Notes: generated from the sequence alone by a model not told the origin. A DNA stretch of 25,525 nt from a virus (IMGVR_UViG_3300049999_000312:1-25525); one strand, 5' to 3'; shown: positions 9,047-18,701, numbered from the stretch's first letter. A program made the numbers and translations.

Positions 9047-9484
9047 TCATGGTTTAGATTTTGATCCTATTAATGCAGATCCAAAATAGAATATTGAAAC
9101 CGCAAGTGCCATGTTTCCAAGTTGATCAACAACCATCATGATATGTTCTGCCCATTCGGGCCCAAATCGAATATCACTAGTATCAGATGGAAATGGTATT
9201 GCATAAACTATTGATGATAACAATATCAGTGCAAGAAATGAACCCATTATACTCCATGCAAGAATTCTTCTAGTAATAGATCTAATAGAATTCTCATGCA
9301 TAGTAGACTTAACCAACTCCTGATTCAGTCTGGCAAGCTCCATCTGTGCTTTTACCCTTTCTTCGGTGGTGAATTCCTGCTCATCAATAAACCCACCAAT
9401 ACCCCTAACAGAACTTGATATAAGGTCTATAGATTTTGATGCAGTTTCTCCACCACCAAACAAACTAGTCAACATTCCAATCAT
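9047..9484 (-). CDS. Membrane protein, 3TM holin-like (GTA-type)
   Basis: Amphipathic N-terminus, IDE.EFT.EER, SITRR.LA followed by a hydrophobic helix, terminal FYFGS motif. Confidence 0.6.
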   Translation of the reverse strand: MIGMLTSLFGGGETASKSIDLISSSVRGIGGFIDEQEFTTEERVKAQMELARLNQELVKSTMHENSIRSITRRILAWSIMGSFLALILLSSIVYAIPFPSDTSDIRFGPEWAEHIMMVVDQLGNMALAVSIFYFGSALIGSKSKP

Positions 9485-9738
9485 TTTAATAATATGGCTT
9501 TAATAGTTTCAGTTATTCCAAATGCATTTAATACCAACAATGACAATGCACCAACACAAAAATATTTAATTTGTGTTAATGTTTCAGCGATAGTTGTCAG
9601 ACTTGATGATAAAACTTCAACTTGTTTTTCAATTCTCTGAATATCCTTATCATGGGATTCCAAGACCCATGCATGTCTATCCATTCGATTATCCGGACAT
9701 CGACCAATCGTTCCATGATCGGTATTAATATTTTCCAT
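9481..9738 (-). CDS. Small coiled-coil plus C-terminal TM protein (XhlA-like)
   Basis: Heptad region (IQRIEKQVEVLSSSL..IAETLTQIK) then hydrophobic YFCVGALSLLVLNAFGI. Confidence 0.55.
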   Translation of the reverse strand: MENINTDHGTIGRCPDNRMDRHAWVLESHDKDIQRIEKQVEVLSSSLTTIAETLTQIKYFCVGALSLLVLNAFGITETIKAILLK

Positions 9739-9743
9739 AATGG

Positions 9744-10379
9744 TTATTCCTTTGAGATGTCTATACCCATTTTTAAGAGTTTTTCTTTTATAGCATTATC
9801 AATCTTTTTCTGATTTCTCTCTTTGATTCTTTTTATTGCAGATCTGAAAGCTTTAGTACGGGCATCAACTCTAGTAATAGGTTTATTTTTTAATGGTAAA
9901 TCTCTCATTGCAACTTCACCTGATCCTGCAACATTTACAATTTCTTCATAGAAGTCGATATCATCTAATATCATAATACCCATATCCTCATCGATCTGGT
10001 CAATAGTATCTATGATATCATAGGTGAATTCACCTGACTCCACAACACTTTCCAATAGAATTTCATATTCTCTACTTGGTAAATGTTCTTTTAATAAGAA
10101 AAGTGCAGCTGCATATGTTCCAAGTTTAGATTTAACTAAAGGCACTTTTGACAATACTCTCTTAAAATTAAATACTAATCTATGTACTAATGTATATGCA
10201 TCCTTTTCTTCAGATGTGGTCAATTTTTTAGATGTTATTCTTTTGCCATTTTCATCGATAATACCATGTTTAAAGGCAGGTTGCTCTGTCCAAGGTATAG
10301 TCAATATTCTTAGAAATCTATAGGCGACAAACATATCAACATATTTCCCCTCCTTTAGATCTACAATTCCATTGTTCAT
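9744..10379 (-). CDS. Conserved T4-like hypothetical protein (61.1-like)
   Basis: YRFLRIL..PW....AFK.GIIDENG...AYT..HRLVFN.KR....YAAALFLLKE motif; upstream of gp61. Confidence 0.75.
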   Translation of the reverse strand: MNNGIVDLKEGKYVDMFVAYRFLRILTIPWTEQPAFKHGIIDENGKRITSKKLTTSEEKDAYTLVHRLVFNFKRVLSKVPLVKSKLGTYAAALFLLKEHLPSREYEILLESVVESGEFTYDIIDTIDQIDEDMGIMILDDIDFYEEIVNVAGSGEVAMRDLPLKNKPITRVDARTKAFRSAIKRIKERNQKKIDNAIKEKLLKMGIDISKE

Positions 10380-10729
10380 ATAATTTTCTCCAAGTGTATC
10401 ATCAAATCATCATCATTGATGACACTTAACATTTCGGTAGGTGACATATAATCGAGATATATTACCACACTTTTAAGTTTAGAATAGTACAGACTATCTG
10501 TATGATAAAACAATAATGCAACAGTTGCTTCTACCCCAAATACATTCTGTAATAATATTACAGTATTAATCAATAATCTCCAATTGATATTCTGACTTTT
10601 GAATAACCTATTAATCAATTTGAACTTCTTATAATCAGTATTAAATTCTTCCTCACCAGAGATTGCAGGGTTCATATAATGCTGTATTCCAAACATTATA
10701 TGATTGCTCCTATTAAGATGTTCAAACAT
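10376..10729 (-). CDS. Conserved T4-like hypothetical protein
   Basis: HYMNP....EEF..D.K.FK.I.RL...RLLIN..I.L.NVFG pattern; ATGA overlap with the next gene. Confidence 0.75.
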   Translation of the reverse strand: MFEHLNRSNHIMFGIQHYMNPAISGEEEFNTDYKKFKLINRLFKSQNINWRLLINTVILLQNVFGVEATVALLFYHTDSLYYSKLKSVVIYLDYMSPTEMLSVINDDDLMIHLEKII

Positions 10730-10736
10730 ATTTTAC

Positions 10737-11225
10737 CTATGTAATTGTTACATTATATGAAGATAAAATTTGCCACTTTAAGCCATCGAATAATAACGAT
10801 AATGTACCACCACTACCTACAAACAGAACCTGAGTATTCCCACAACAAAACCCAGTTGATGCAGTAACTACATTATACACAGTATTTGGACTGGTATAAC
10901 TATCGACATTTACCACAATATTAACCAATTGACCATCAACTGCGGTAGTTGGTAATGTAAATACATCTGGAGAGCTTTGTGTGCCGGTAATACTTTCAAT
11001 TCTGATATATGACACATCATTATTAATAATATTCTGTGAAACATTAGAAATAATAGACTTACCTGCCAATACCAATTTTGATGGTATTGATGCAAACAAT
11101 GCTGCAAGTGTAATACGTTTGTTAACATGACCGTTAATAGAATCGTAATCCACTATATGTAATAGATCTTCTGATGATGTAGATATACCTAGATCGGTAA
11201 GACTTGATATTTTTTTATTTGCCAT
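10737..11225 (-). CDS. Putative virion structural protein
   Basis: MANKKISSLTDL N-terminus typical of phage tail/virion proteins; beta-rich C-terminus TLP...DGQ...L.FDG.KW; GGAGG SD; downstream of a late promoter. Confidence 0.6.
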   Translation of the reverse strand: MANKKISSLTDLGISTSSEDLLHIVDYDSINGHVNKRITLAALFASIPSKLVLAGKSIISNVSQNIINNDVSYIRIESITGTQSSPDVFTLPTTAVDGQLVNIVVNVDSYTSPNTVYNVVTASTGFCCGNTQVLFVGSGGTLSLLFDGLKWQILSSYNVTIT

Positions 11226-11277
11226 TCTTTAAACCCTCCAAAGGGAATTATTATGCTGGGACTCAGCTCAATGAAAC

Positions 11278-11442
11278 TTATTTTTTATTTTTTAAACTTT
11301 TCTTGTTTGGTGTAGGTTTAACTACAGGTGTGATTTCTAATGTGGTATCACATACATATACTTCATTAGTGACTGGATCTTGCCAACCCAATTTAGTTGC
11401 AACTGCATTTGGACACCAAAATGGTGCTTCTTGATTAGACAT
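11278..11442 (-). CDS. 54-aa protein (MSNQEAPFWCPNAVATKLGWQDPVTNEVYVCD...KKSLKNKK), absent from ORF track
   Basis: AAGGA SD; P.WCPNA.AT..GW.DP.T.E motif; first gene after the TATAAATA promoter. Confidence 0.8.
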   Translation of the reverse strand: MSNQEAPFWCPNAVATKLGWQDPVTNEVYVCDTTLEITPVVKPTPNKKSLKNKK

Positions 11443-11467
11443 TTGTTTTTCCTTTTTTGATTGATAT

Positions 11468-11475
11468 TATTTATA
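11468..11475 (-). promoter_or_regulatory. T4-type late promoter
   Basis: TATAAATA overlapping the stop of the upstream gene. Confidence 0.7.
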
Positions 11476-12064
11476 TAAAATCATTAAACGATTCTAAAAT
11501 TCCCATTTCTTTTTTGAGAAGTTCGAATAATTCTTCTGACTGTTTAAATCCTTTAGGCAAACCCTTTGCAAACGATTTAAAATCTTTATCCACTACTGCT
11601 GCTCTCATCTTGGATGCAGACATACCTTCTACACCCTCGGAATCTGGATCACGATCCCCTGCAGATTTAACAGAGATTTGTTTGAAATCATAAAACCCAT
11701 GTCGTGCTTCAGTTCCATTATATTTATTAATCATTGTTTCGAATTCACTGACCCTATCAGATCCGACTACCATACAGATATAACCATATCCCTCATCATG
11801 GAGTTTTACCAATATATCAAATATTGTATTAATTTTAGCATCATCCATTATATATAATGAATGTTTAGGATTCATCAATCGTGCATATTTAACTTTATCT
11901 TTAAATGATAATGGATTCTTTTTACGGTCATGTGATCTAGATAGGTACATTCTATACTCTGCACCTTTAGATTCTTTTTTTAATGCATCAAGTAATTTAG
12001 TGTGACCGACTGTCGGGGGATTCAATCTACCGAAAGAGAATGTCATTTTTTTCATTTCTGCCAA
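11471..12064 (-). CDS. HIGH-superfamily nucleotidyltransferase (phage 'cytidyltransferase')
   Basis: FGRLNPPTVGH, KNPL, VVGSDRV, SAGDRDPD, MSASKMR. Confidence 0.88.
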   Translation of the reverse strand: MAEMKKMTFSFGRLNPPTVGHTKLLDALKKESKGAEYRMYLSRSHDRKKNPLSFKDKVKYARLMNPKHSLYIMDDAKINTIFDILVKLHDEGYGYICMVVGSDRVSEFETMINKYNGTEARHGFYDFKQISVKSAGDRDPDSEGVEGMSASKMRAAVVDKDFKSFAKGLPKGFKQSEELFELLKKEMGILESFNDFI

Positions 12065-13284
12065 CCTTTAATTATATCTTTTGAAAAGTTATTTGATGAG
12101 AATTCCATTCTATCAACTAATTTTACCGCTGAACCATCTGTATCAATTGCAACAAATCCCTCAGATCCTGATGTTTTGAATCCATCAATTGTTTTAACAA
12201 AAGTGTTTATATCTGATACTTTATCCAATTGATCAATTAGAATCTCTTTTGCAGCAACCAAATGATTCTGTAGATCGAACATCAATTTAAGATTGGCTTT
12301 ATTATCATCTGAAAAGAAACTGAGTACATCATCACGAACACCACGTTTTCTATCTTTACCTTTATCAGTTTTTAGTTTGTCAATTTCCTTTTGATATCTA
12401 ATATTAATCCATGATATCAGATCTTCAGTATGACTCTTGGTATTAGTTATTTTCTCTTGTGATCTAACCTTAGTGTTATTAAAGGTATTAATCATTTGAT
12501 TGATGATAGAATTATCTGATACTTCTTTTAATGTTGATGATGATATTTTTCTGAAAATCTTACCAGCATTCGATAAATTCTTGGTAACGGTTTCTGTTTC
12601 GGATTTAGTCATGGTTGCAGTACCAGATAAATCTTGAAGATCTGCAGTCCTCATCCATACAGATCTAGATTTTTTTAAGGAATTAATAGATATATCAAAT
12701 GATGCAGACATACTTTCAAATGAAGTTCCTGTATATTTTGTATGCCAAACAACCCCAATTTTAGATGCAATAACATCAGTTGCTTGATCTACCGGTATTG
12801 CATAAACAATTGTATTAGGATGAAATGTTATATACTTCTGACCGTCAATTGTTTCTTTTTTGAGATCAGGTTTAATATACATGATATCACCTTGCAACAC
12901 ACCTTTAATATTAAGTTTTTTAAATTCTGTGTAAGCAATCTTCAATTTAACCGATAGTTCTCCTGATGTATCTGCATCAATATCATCGAATGATTTATAG
13001 ACTTTAGGATTCTTATTAAATATACCTTTCTTTGCAACAAAAAACACACCATCACTTGGATCGATTCCAGCAAATACCGCAGGAGCTCCATCCCATTTTA
13101 CAGTGACATTATGGGAAGTGTTAGAGCTCCCACCAAGCATATCCCGTAAACTCCTCAATGCATTAATAGCACTTCTTGTCCCATCAACACCACCATCTAG
13201 AACTAAGTCTTCGATATGTGTCATATGGGTATTCTTTGCTTCTGTTATTGTTTTTATGGAAGTGAAGTTATTAAATGTTATCAT
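12052..13284 (-). CDS. Conserved T4-like protein (DUF6267-like) with covalent nucleotidyltransferase/ligase-like motifs
   Basis: KNTHMTHIED, TVKWDGAPA (KxDG), LQGDIM, F.PNTI.Y, EGFV, VKLVDR.EFS; paired with the cytidyltransferase. Confidence 0.75.
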   Translation of the reverse strand: MITFNNFTSIKTITEAKNTHMTHIEDLVLDGGVDGTRSAINALRSLRDMLGGSSNTSHNVTVKWDGAPAVFAGIDPSDGVFFVAKKGIFNKNPKVYKSFDDIDADTSGELSVKLKIAYTEFKKLNIKGVLQGDIMYIKPDLKKETIDGQKYITFHPNTIVYAIPVDQATDVIASKIGVVWHTKYTGTSFESMSASFDISINSLKKSRSVWMRTADLQDLSGTATMTKSETETVTKNLSNAGKIFRKISSSTLKEVSDNSIINQMINTFNNTKVRSQEKITNTKSHTEDLISWINIRYQKEIDKLKTDKGKDRKRGVRDDVLSFFSDDNKANLKLMFDLQNHLVAAKEILIDQLDKVSDINTFVKTIDGFKTSGSEGFVAIDTDGSAVKLVDRMEFSSNNFSKDIIKGWQK

Positions 13285-13329
13285 TGGTTTGACCAGTTCG
13301 ATTAAAGGGTTTCTATCAAGTACAGGACT

Positions 13330-13358
13330 AGTATATCAAACCGTGACTTCCTTGTCAA
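13330..13358 (-). promoter_or_regulatory. sigma70-type promoter
   Basis: TTGACA-17bp-TATACT with TGn extension. Confidence 0.75.
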
Positions 13359-13380
13359 CGTATATTAGTACTAATTATAT

Positions 13381-13388
13381 TATTTATA
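13381..13388 (-). promoter_or_regulatory. T4-type late promoter
   Basis: TATAAATA overlapping the helicase stop codon. Confidence 0.7.
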
Positions 13389-14766
13389 CTATTAAAGATC
13401 GATAGGTCTTTTCTGCAGTGTTTGCAAATTTAGATTCAAAACCTTTTGCTGGTTGACCACCACCAGAGATTGGTGTTATACCGGATTGTGCAGAAGTATC
13501 AAGATCATAGAGTCTCATCTTAGGTCTATCTATCCCCACAACAAACCGTTTAAAACTGGATAGATCGTTATATCTATTTTTCAACTGTTTAATCATTAAT
13601 TGATTCTGTCCCTCTAGTTCCTCAGTTGATATTAATGCTAACATAAGATCGACTGTAGCAGGCAACCCGAAAGACTCTGCAGTATTGGTAAGATCTAAAT
13701 CCGGATCATCTGCACCAGATCTATTAACCTGTGTTGCAGTAACTAGTGGAACATTCTGTGTCACGGATAATCCTCGTAATTCCTCTGCAATCGATTTAAT
13801 CATTGTATAAGAGTTCACACCATTTGCATTCTTTAACCGTCTAGATGTACATAAGTTAATATAATCGATGAATATGATATCTGGTTTGAAGTTCTTCTTT
13901 ATCTTAAGTTCATCTAATAAATGTTCAAAATTACCTGCATGTGCAGTAGATGTTGGATATTCCTTAATTATCAGTTTTCCATGACATCGTTTTTTGATGT
14001 TAGATATTTTATTTTGGAATTGACGTTTATCAAGTTTATCAATTTTCCTAATATCTACATCCATCAGATTTGCATCAATCCTTTCTGCAATTCTTTCTTC
14101 CGACATCTCTAATGTGATATACAATACATTCCTACCCATTGACATTGCAGCTGCAGCCTGATGACACATCACAAGAGATTTACCGACCCCTGTGGATGCC
14201 AACCAACACATGATAGACTTATTCGGTAATCCACCATTAGTCACCTTATTAAGAAGGTCAATATCAAACGGAATCCTTTCTTCATCTCTGTGATAGAACT
14301 CATATCTATCATCTGCATTATCATAATAACTATGACCAATATTCGAATCAAAACTAACACTCAAAGCTTCAGATAATATCTGTGGTAATGCTTGTGGGGT
14401 TAAATCATCTTCCTTCCCATCGATAATTGAAATCGATTTCAGAACTGCATTATATATAGATCTATCTTGACAAAACTTTTCAGTCTCATCACAAAGCCAG
14501 TCAATATTTTCCTCAACTGGTTTATATGATTCTAAAGATCTTTTTGCAGTATCAAACATATCCTGTGACAAACTTTTATCAGTTTCCAATGCAACCAATA
14601 AAATATCTACTGATGGATTTTTTGCATAATTTGATACATAACTCTCAATTGTTCGGAATATAGTCTTATTGCAATGATCTTGAAAATATTCCTCCTTAAT
14701 AAATGGTATTACCTTTCTCAAAAATTGAGTATTATGTACCAACTGTGTTAGTATCATGTTTTCCAC
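13384..14766 (-). CDS. 41: Replicative DNA helicase (gp41, DnaB-like)
   Basis: ASTGVGKS Walker A, ITLEMSEE, IKEYPT, IFIDYIN, ATQVNR, ESFGLPATVD, KQLKNRY. Confidence 0.96.
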   Translation of the reverse strand: MENMILTQLVHNTQFLRKVIPFIKEEYFQDHCNKTIFRTIESYVSNYAKNPSVDILLVALETDKSLSQDMFDTAKRSLESYKPVEENIDWLCDETEKFCQDRSIYNAVLKSISIIDGKEDDLTPQALPQILSEALSVSFDSNIGHSYYDNADDRYEFYHRDEERIPFDIDLLNKVTNGGLPNKSIMCWLASTGVGKSLVMCHQAAAAMSMGRNVLYITLEMSEERIAERIDANLMDVDIRKIDKLDKRQFQNKISNIKKRCHGKLIIKEYPTSTAHAGNFEHLLDELKIKKNFKPDIIFIDYINLCTSRRLKNANGVNSYTMIKSIAEELRGLSVTQNVPLVTATQVNRSGADDPDLDLTNTAESFGLPATVDLMLALISTEELEGQNQLMIKQLKNRYNDLSSFKRFVVGIDRPKMRLYDLDTSAQSGITPISGGGQPAKGFESKFANTAEKTYRSLIV

Positions 14767-15076
14767 TTGTTTGCTCCGTGATAACAGTCATTAAAAGATC
14801 TCCTAAGTACTTGAGTGGAACGTTAATCCCCGTGGGATTAACTGCCAACTTATACTTGAAGCTTAGAGTTGGAACATCATTTTCCACATCATTTTCTGAT
14901 TCAAATTCAAACCAAAAGTCTTCATATAACACTATTATACCAGAATATTCAAGATCATGCAAATAAAGTGCTAGAGTATTTGGATATTTGTCATTGAATA
15001 CATATTCATAATCTTTCGTTGGTATATCAACTTTCTTTATATCACTCATTACATCACTCATTATATCATCTCTCAT
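14732..15076 (-). CDS. Hypothetical protein between uvsX and gp41 (position of T4 gp40)
   Basis: ATGA overlap with the uvsX stop; 114-aa acidic ORF; start uncertain. Confidence 0.6.
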   Translation of the reverse strand: MRDDIMSDVMSDIKKVDIPTKDYEYVFNDKYPNTLALYLHDLEYSGIIVLYEDFWFEFESENDVENDVPTLSFKYKLAVNPTGINVPLKYLGDLLMTVITEQTSGKHDTNTVGT

Positions 15077-16089
15077 GATTGCATTGAAACATAACCAATT
15101 TTAAATTTCTCTTCTACATATTCACTGAAATTGGTATCATTGAAAATTGGATCCCAGAATTCTTTATTCATAGTATCCTTTTCACGGTAATTTTTATCAT
15201 CTGTAACAGTCGGTCTAGTATACCAACCAACTTTTGGTTTTACCACGAACCCAGATTCGACTGCAATTTCTAGTAGACCAGACCATTTTTCTATACCACC
15301 TTCCCATGAAACCGAAATAGGAATCTTACTTTTTTCTTTAACGAATCTAGATTTTTCAACATTAATAATAAAATCATATCCCTTGATTTCTTTTCCAACT
15401 TTATCCTGTCTTCTACCAATAATGAAGATAGTGTTTGCAGAATATACAACACCCGTACCACCTGAAACGACTTGTTTAGAAAACATTTCTTGTGTTTCGT
15501 ATGTGTGATTGATTGCAATCAATGGAATATCATTAAGTGTTAGGTATGGAGTGACCATACGAAATAAAGATTTCATTTGTTTGGCTCTAGTCATATCTGC
15601 AACAGATTTAGAATCACGTGCATCATCAACCTCTTTCTTTGATGCTAGGTTTCCAATCGAATCTATTAAAACAAAGACTTTTTCTTTTGCATTAATTCCT
15701 TCCAGTTGAGTAACCAGATCAAATTTAAGTTCTTCCACATTCTTAATAGGAACATGTAGAACTCTAGTCATATCAATACCGAATGAATCCCAATATGCCT
15801 GAGGTGATCCAAACTCGGAATCATAAAATAAACATACAGATTCAGGAAACTTATCCTGATATGCTTTTAACATCAATAACCCGAATGATGTTTTATAATG
15901 TTTACTTGGGCCTGCAAGAACTGTCAATCCAGAAGTAATACCCCCATCAAAAGATCCAGATAATGCAACGTTCATCATAGGGACTGAAGTTGGTATTGGG
16001 GCTGATTGTTTCAGGATTTTAGATTCAGTCATTATTGCAGACTGTTTTATTTTAGATGTTGATTTCATTCGTTCAAGTAAACTACTCAT
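15073..16089 (-). CDS. uvsX: UvsX RecA-like recombinase
   Basis: AGPSKHYKT, FYDSEFG, IDSIGNLASKKE, DMTRAK, NHTY, SGGTG. Confidence 0.96.
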   Translation of the reverse strand: MSSLLERMKSTSKIKQSAIMTESKILKQSAPIPTSVPMMNVALSGSFDGGITSGLTVLAGPSKHYKTSFGLLMLKAYQDKFPESVCLFYDSEFGSPQAYWDSFGIDMTRVLHVPIKNVEELKFDLVTQLEGINAKEKVFVLIDSIGNLASKKEVDDARDSKSVADMTRAKQMKSLFRMVTPYLTLNDIPLIAINHTYETQEMFSKQVVSGGTGVVYSANTIFIIGRRQDKVGKEIKGYDFIINVEKSRFVKEKSKIPISVSWEGGIEKWSGLLEIAVESGFVVKPKVGWYTRPTVTDDKNYREKDTMNKEFWDPIFNDTNFSEYVEEKFKIGYVSMQS

Positions 16090-16115
16090 TTTTCATTCTC
16101 CATAATTAAGTTCAT

Positions 16116-16144
16116 ATTATATAACATTTACCAGTGAATGTCAA
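16116..16144 (-). promoter_or_regulatory. Consensus sigma70 promoter for uvsX
   Basis: TTGACA-17bp-TATAAT; -35 overlaps the gp43 TGA stop. Confidence 0.8.
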
Positions 16145-18636
16145 TCAACAAAAAAACTTGCAAGTGAAATAGTTTTCTTGTGATTCCATCCAATAATTTT
16201 AAGCATTGTCTGTACAGGTTGGAGGAAAGATTTCTCGAATTGTAGATCATAATCGATATATTTCTCCAGATCAAGTTCCGGTGGCAACACACTTGGTATT
16301 GCAATTACATTAGATTGTAATGTGTTCGGCATTCTCATATAACAAAATTTAATCTTATCACCATTCTCTACAGATTCATATCTATCACCGAGTCCAGCTT
16401 TATATATTGCATGATTATACACAATAGATCCACGTACATGAATCGGTGTCCCTTTCCTGTATAATGTTACTGGATCAAAAAACTTATCAATATTATTTGC
16501 AGTTCTAGGAAATGAAATATTCAAGAAATCGGTTTTATTAAATTTTTGTTTAAAGTCCGAATAATAATCTTGTGCTTCCTTTTCAGTTCCATTCAGAATG
16601 ATTTTAATAAATTCCTTAAGTGCATCACGACATACGGATGGTGTTGATGATCTAACCGCTTCAATCCCCATCATTTTAATTTTAGGATCCTTATATCGAA
16701 CCCCCTCATTATCAATGACATTCATGATATATCGTTTCTTTGCAAAGAAAACTGAACTATCTGCAATTGCTTCACGATCCATATCCATTTTTTGTTCATA
16801 TGCATTAGTATAGATATACAATTCCTCATATGCATCATTTATCACTTTCTGTATCTGATTGGATCCAATCTTATCTAAGAAATCAGTTTTCTCTTGAACC
16901 CCTTGTTCTGGTTTCCATGTGATAGAGTCCATAATTTTCTCGAATGATACATATACAGAATCCGTATCAACTGCAATAATATAATCTTCCTCTTTATCAC
17001 TCTTTAGAACCGAATTCATATATTTGTTAATTGCACGTTCAACCCATCGAATACTTAACTGTCCTGCAGTAGTAATAGATTCTGCCATATCAACATCAAA
17101 GTGACGGAAATACTTATTACCCAATGCACCATATAAACTATTAAGAAGAATTTTAAGTGCCATTTGTTCCACTTGCAATTTATTTTCTAGATCGGAATCC
17201 CCATCCTTTGCAGCTTGAATCATTCGACCTTTAACTGCCTTCCTATCTGTAAAATATCGATCCATTAACGATGGAATAAATCCACGTTCAGAAGTAGTAT
17301 ATAATGTTCCATTCGGTGTCACACAATCAGTTCCACCAACAAGATCATCAACAACTTCAGACCCATGTTCTTTATTAAGAAGTGAATCTATAGTGACTTT
17401 ATCATTCAACTTACCATTAATTTTCTCAGGTGAAATATTATATTGCATAATAAGATGTGGATATAGTGATGCCAAATCGAACGACATTACCCATTTATGT
17501 CTACCTACTTGAGGATCTTTAACATAACCACCAACAAAATCCCTAGAATCTGATACATGATTGGATCCAACTATAATATTCTGTTCACGTAGATAATTAT
17601 AACATATTACATCCCATATCCTAATAGTTCCTAATGTATCTGCAAAGTTACATTTAGCCATATAAGCCATAGAATACACTAAACTTAAAAGATTTAATTT
17701 TTCATCAAGTCTCTTAACTAGTTCAACATCTTTAATGTTATAATCAATGAACAACTCATAATTCTTTTCATATAGATTATGTAGATTCGAATATTCTGCA
17801 TAATCAATCTTTTTCTCACCTAGTTCGGCATGAGAAATAAAATTCAATGAGTAGGATTCTTGTTGATTGTATGTAAACTTTTTATATAATGCAGAATAAT
17901 CCAGACATGTGACACCTCTGATATCATATGTTTCTCTGGTTTTTCCGAATTGTTCTGATGTTTTTTTGAACAGATCATTCCAAGGTGATAGACTTTTTGC
18001 AACATCCATCATCCCTAAGTTATCCATTCGATTGACGATATATGGAATATCAAAGAATTCAATATTCCATCCCGTCATTACATCAGGACTGATAAAGTTC
18101 CACATCCCGACAAACTTCCGAAGAAGATCCCGTTCATCTATACATTGGAGATATTTTACATTTGAATTTTTTGGAGTGTATTTACCACAACCAAAAACAT
18201 AATATATATTCTCAGATTCTAAACAGATGGCATTAACTTCACCATTTGCATTTTCTGGATAAGGGAATCCACCCTCTGGTGGTGGTAATACCTCAATATC
18301 AAAGTTGGCAACTCTAATCAGATTAGGATCATAGTTAACCTTTTCTTTAAACCATTCTTGAGATATATATTGATATTGATGTGGAAAGTCTCCGAAGATT
18401 TCGGATCGACCCTCCACACCTTTATACTGATTGACGTACTCTTTAGAAGCTTTAATAGAATGAAATTCTCTACCACTCAACTCTCTACCATCAAGAGTCT
18501 TATAATATCCTTCATTCAACTCATAAAGAGATGGTCTGAAATTGGTTTTTCTGAAGTATTGTTTACCCTCGGAATAACCTCTTGTGTAAATCTTTCCACG
18601 ACTTACAATAGCATTTGTATAAAAATCTGAATTCAC
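16141..18636 (-). CDS. 43: Family B DNA polymerase (gp43)
   Basis: Exo FDIEV, GWN..FFDIPY, YNIKDV; pol DLASLYP, KILLNSLYG, DTDS, KKRY; C-terminal SLASFF clamp-binding motif; GTG start with GGGAG SD. Confidence 0.97.
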   Translation of the reverse strand: MNSDFYTNAIVSRGKIYTRGYSEGKQYFRKTNFRPSLYELNEGYYKTLDGRELSGREFHSIKASKEYVNQYKGVEGRSEIFGDFPHQYQYISQEWFKEKVNYDPNLIRVANFDIEVLPPPEGGFPYPENANGEVNAICLESENIYYVFGCGKYTPKNSNVKYLQCIDERDLLRKFVGMWNFISPDVMTGWNIEFFDIPYIVNRMDNLGMMDVAKSLSPWNDLFKKTSEQFGKTRETYDIRGVTCLDYSALYKKFTYNQQESYSLNFISHAELGEKKIDYAEYSNLHNLYEKNYELFIDYNIKDVELVKRLDEKLNLLSLVYSMAYMAKCNFADTLGTIRIWDVICYNYLREQNIIVGSNHVSDSRDFVGGYVKDPQVGRHKWVMSFDLASLYPHLIMQYNISPEKINGKLNDKVTIDSLLNKEHGSEVVDDLVGGTDCVTPNGTLYTTSERGFIPSLMDRYFTDRKAVKGRMIQAAKDGDSDLENKLQVEQMALKILLNSLYGALGNKYFRHFDVDMAESITTAGQLSIRWVERAINKYMNSVLKSDKEEDYIIAVDTDSVYVSFEKIMDSITWKPEQGVQEKTDFLDKIGSNQIQKVINDAYEELYIYTNAYEQKMDMDREAIADSSVFFAKKRYIMNVIDNEGVRYKDPKIKMMGIEAVRSSTPSVCRDALKEFIKIILNGTEKEAQDYYSDFKQKFNKTDFLNISFPRTANNIDKFFDPVTLYRKGTPIHVRGSIVYNHAIYKAGLGDRYESVENGDKIKFCYMRMPNTLQSNVIAIPSVLPPELDLEKYIDYDLQFEKSFLQPVQTMLKIIGWNHKKTISLASFFVD

Positions 18637-18662
18637 TTAACAACTCCCATAATCTAAATAAT

Positions 18663-18692
18663 ATTATACCACTATCACATCATCTTTGTCAA
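18663..18692 (-). promoter_or_regulatory. sigma70-type promoter for gp43
   Basis: TTGACA-18bp-TATAAT with TGG extension. Confidence 0.75.
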
Positions 18693-18701
18693 GATTTTAT
18701 T

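Noticed and set aside
58-18636. Introns or inteins in nrdA, nrdB, gp41, uvsX or gp43
   Set aside because: All are continuous ORFs of normal or short length without intein motifs
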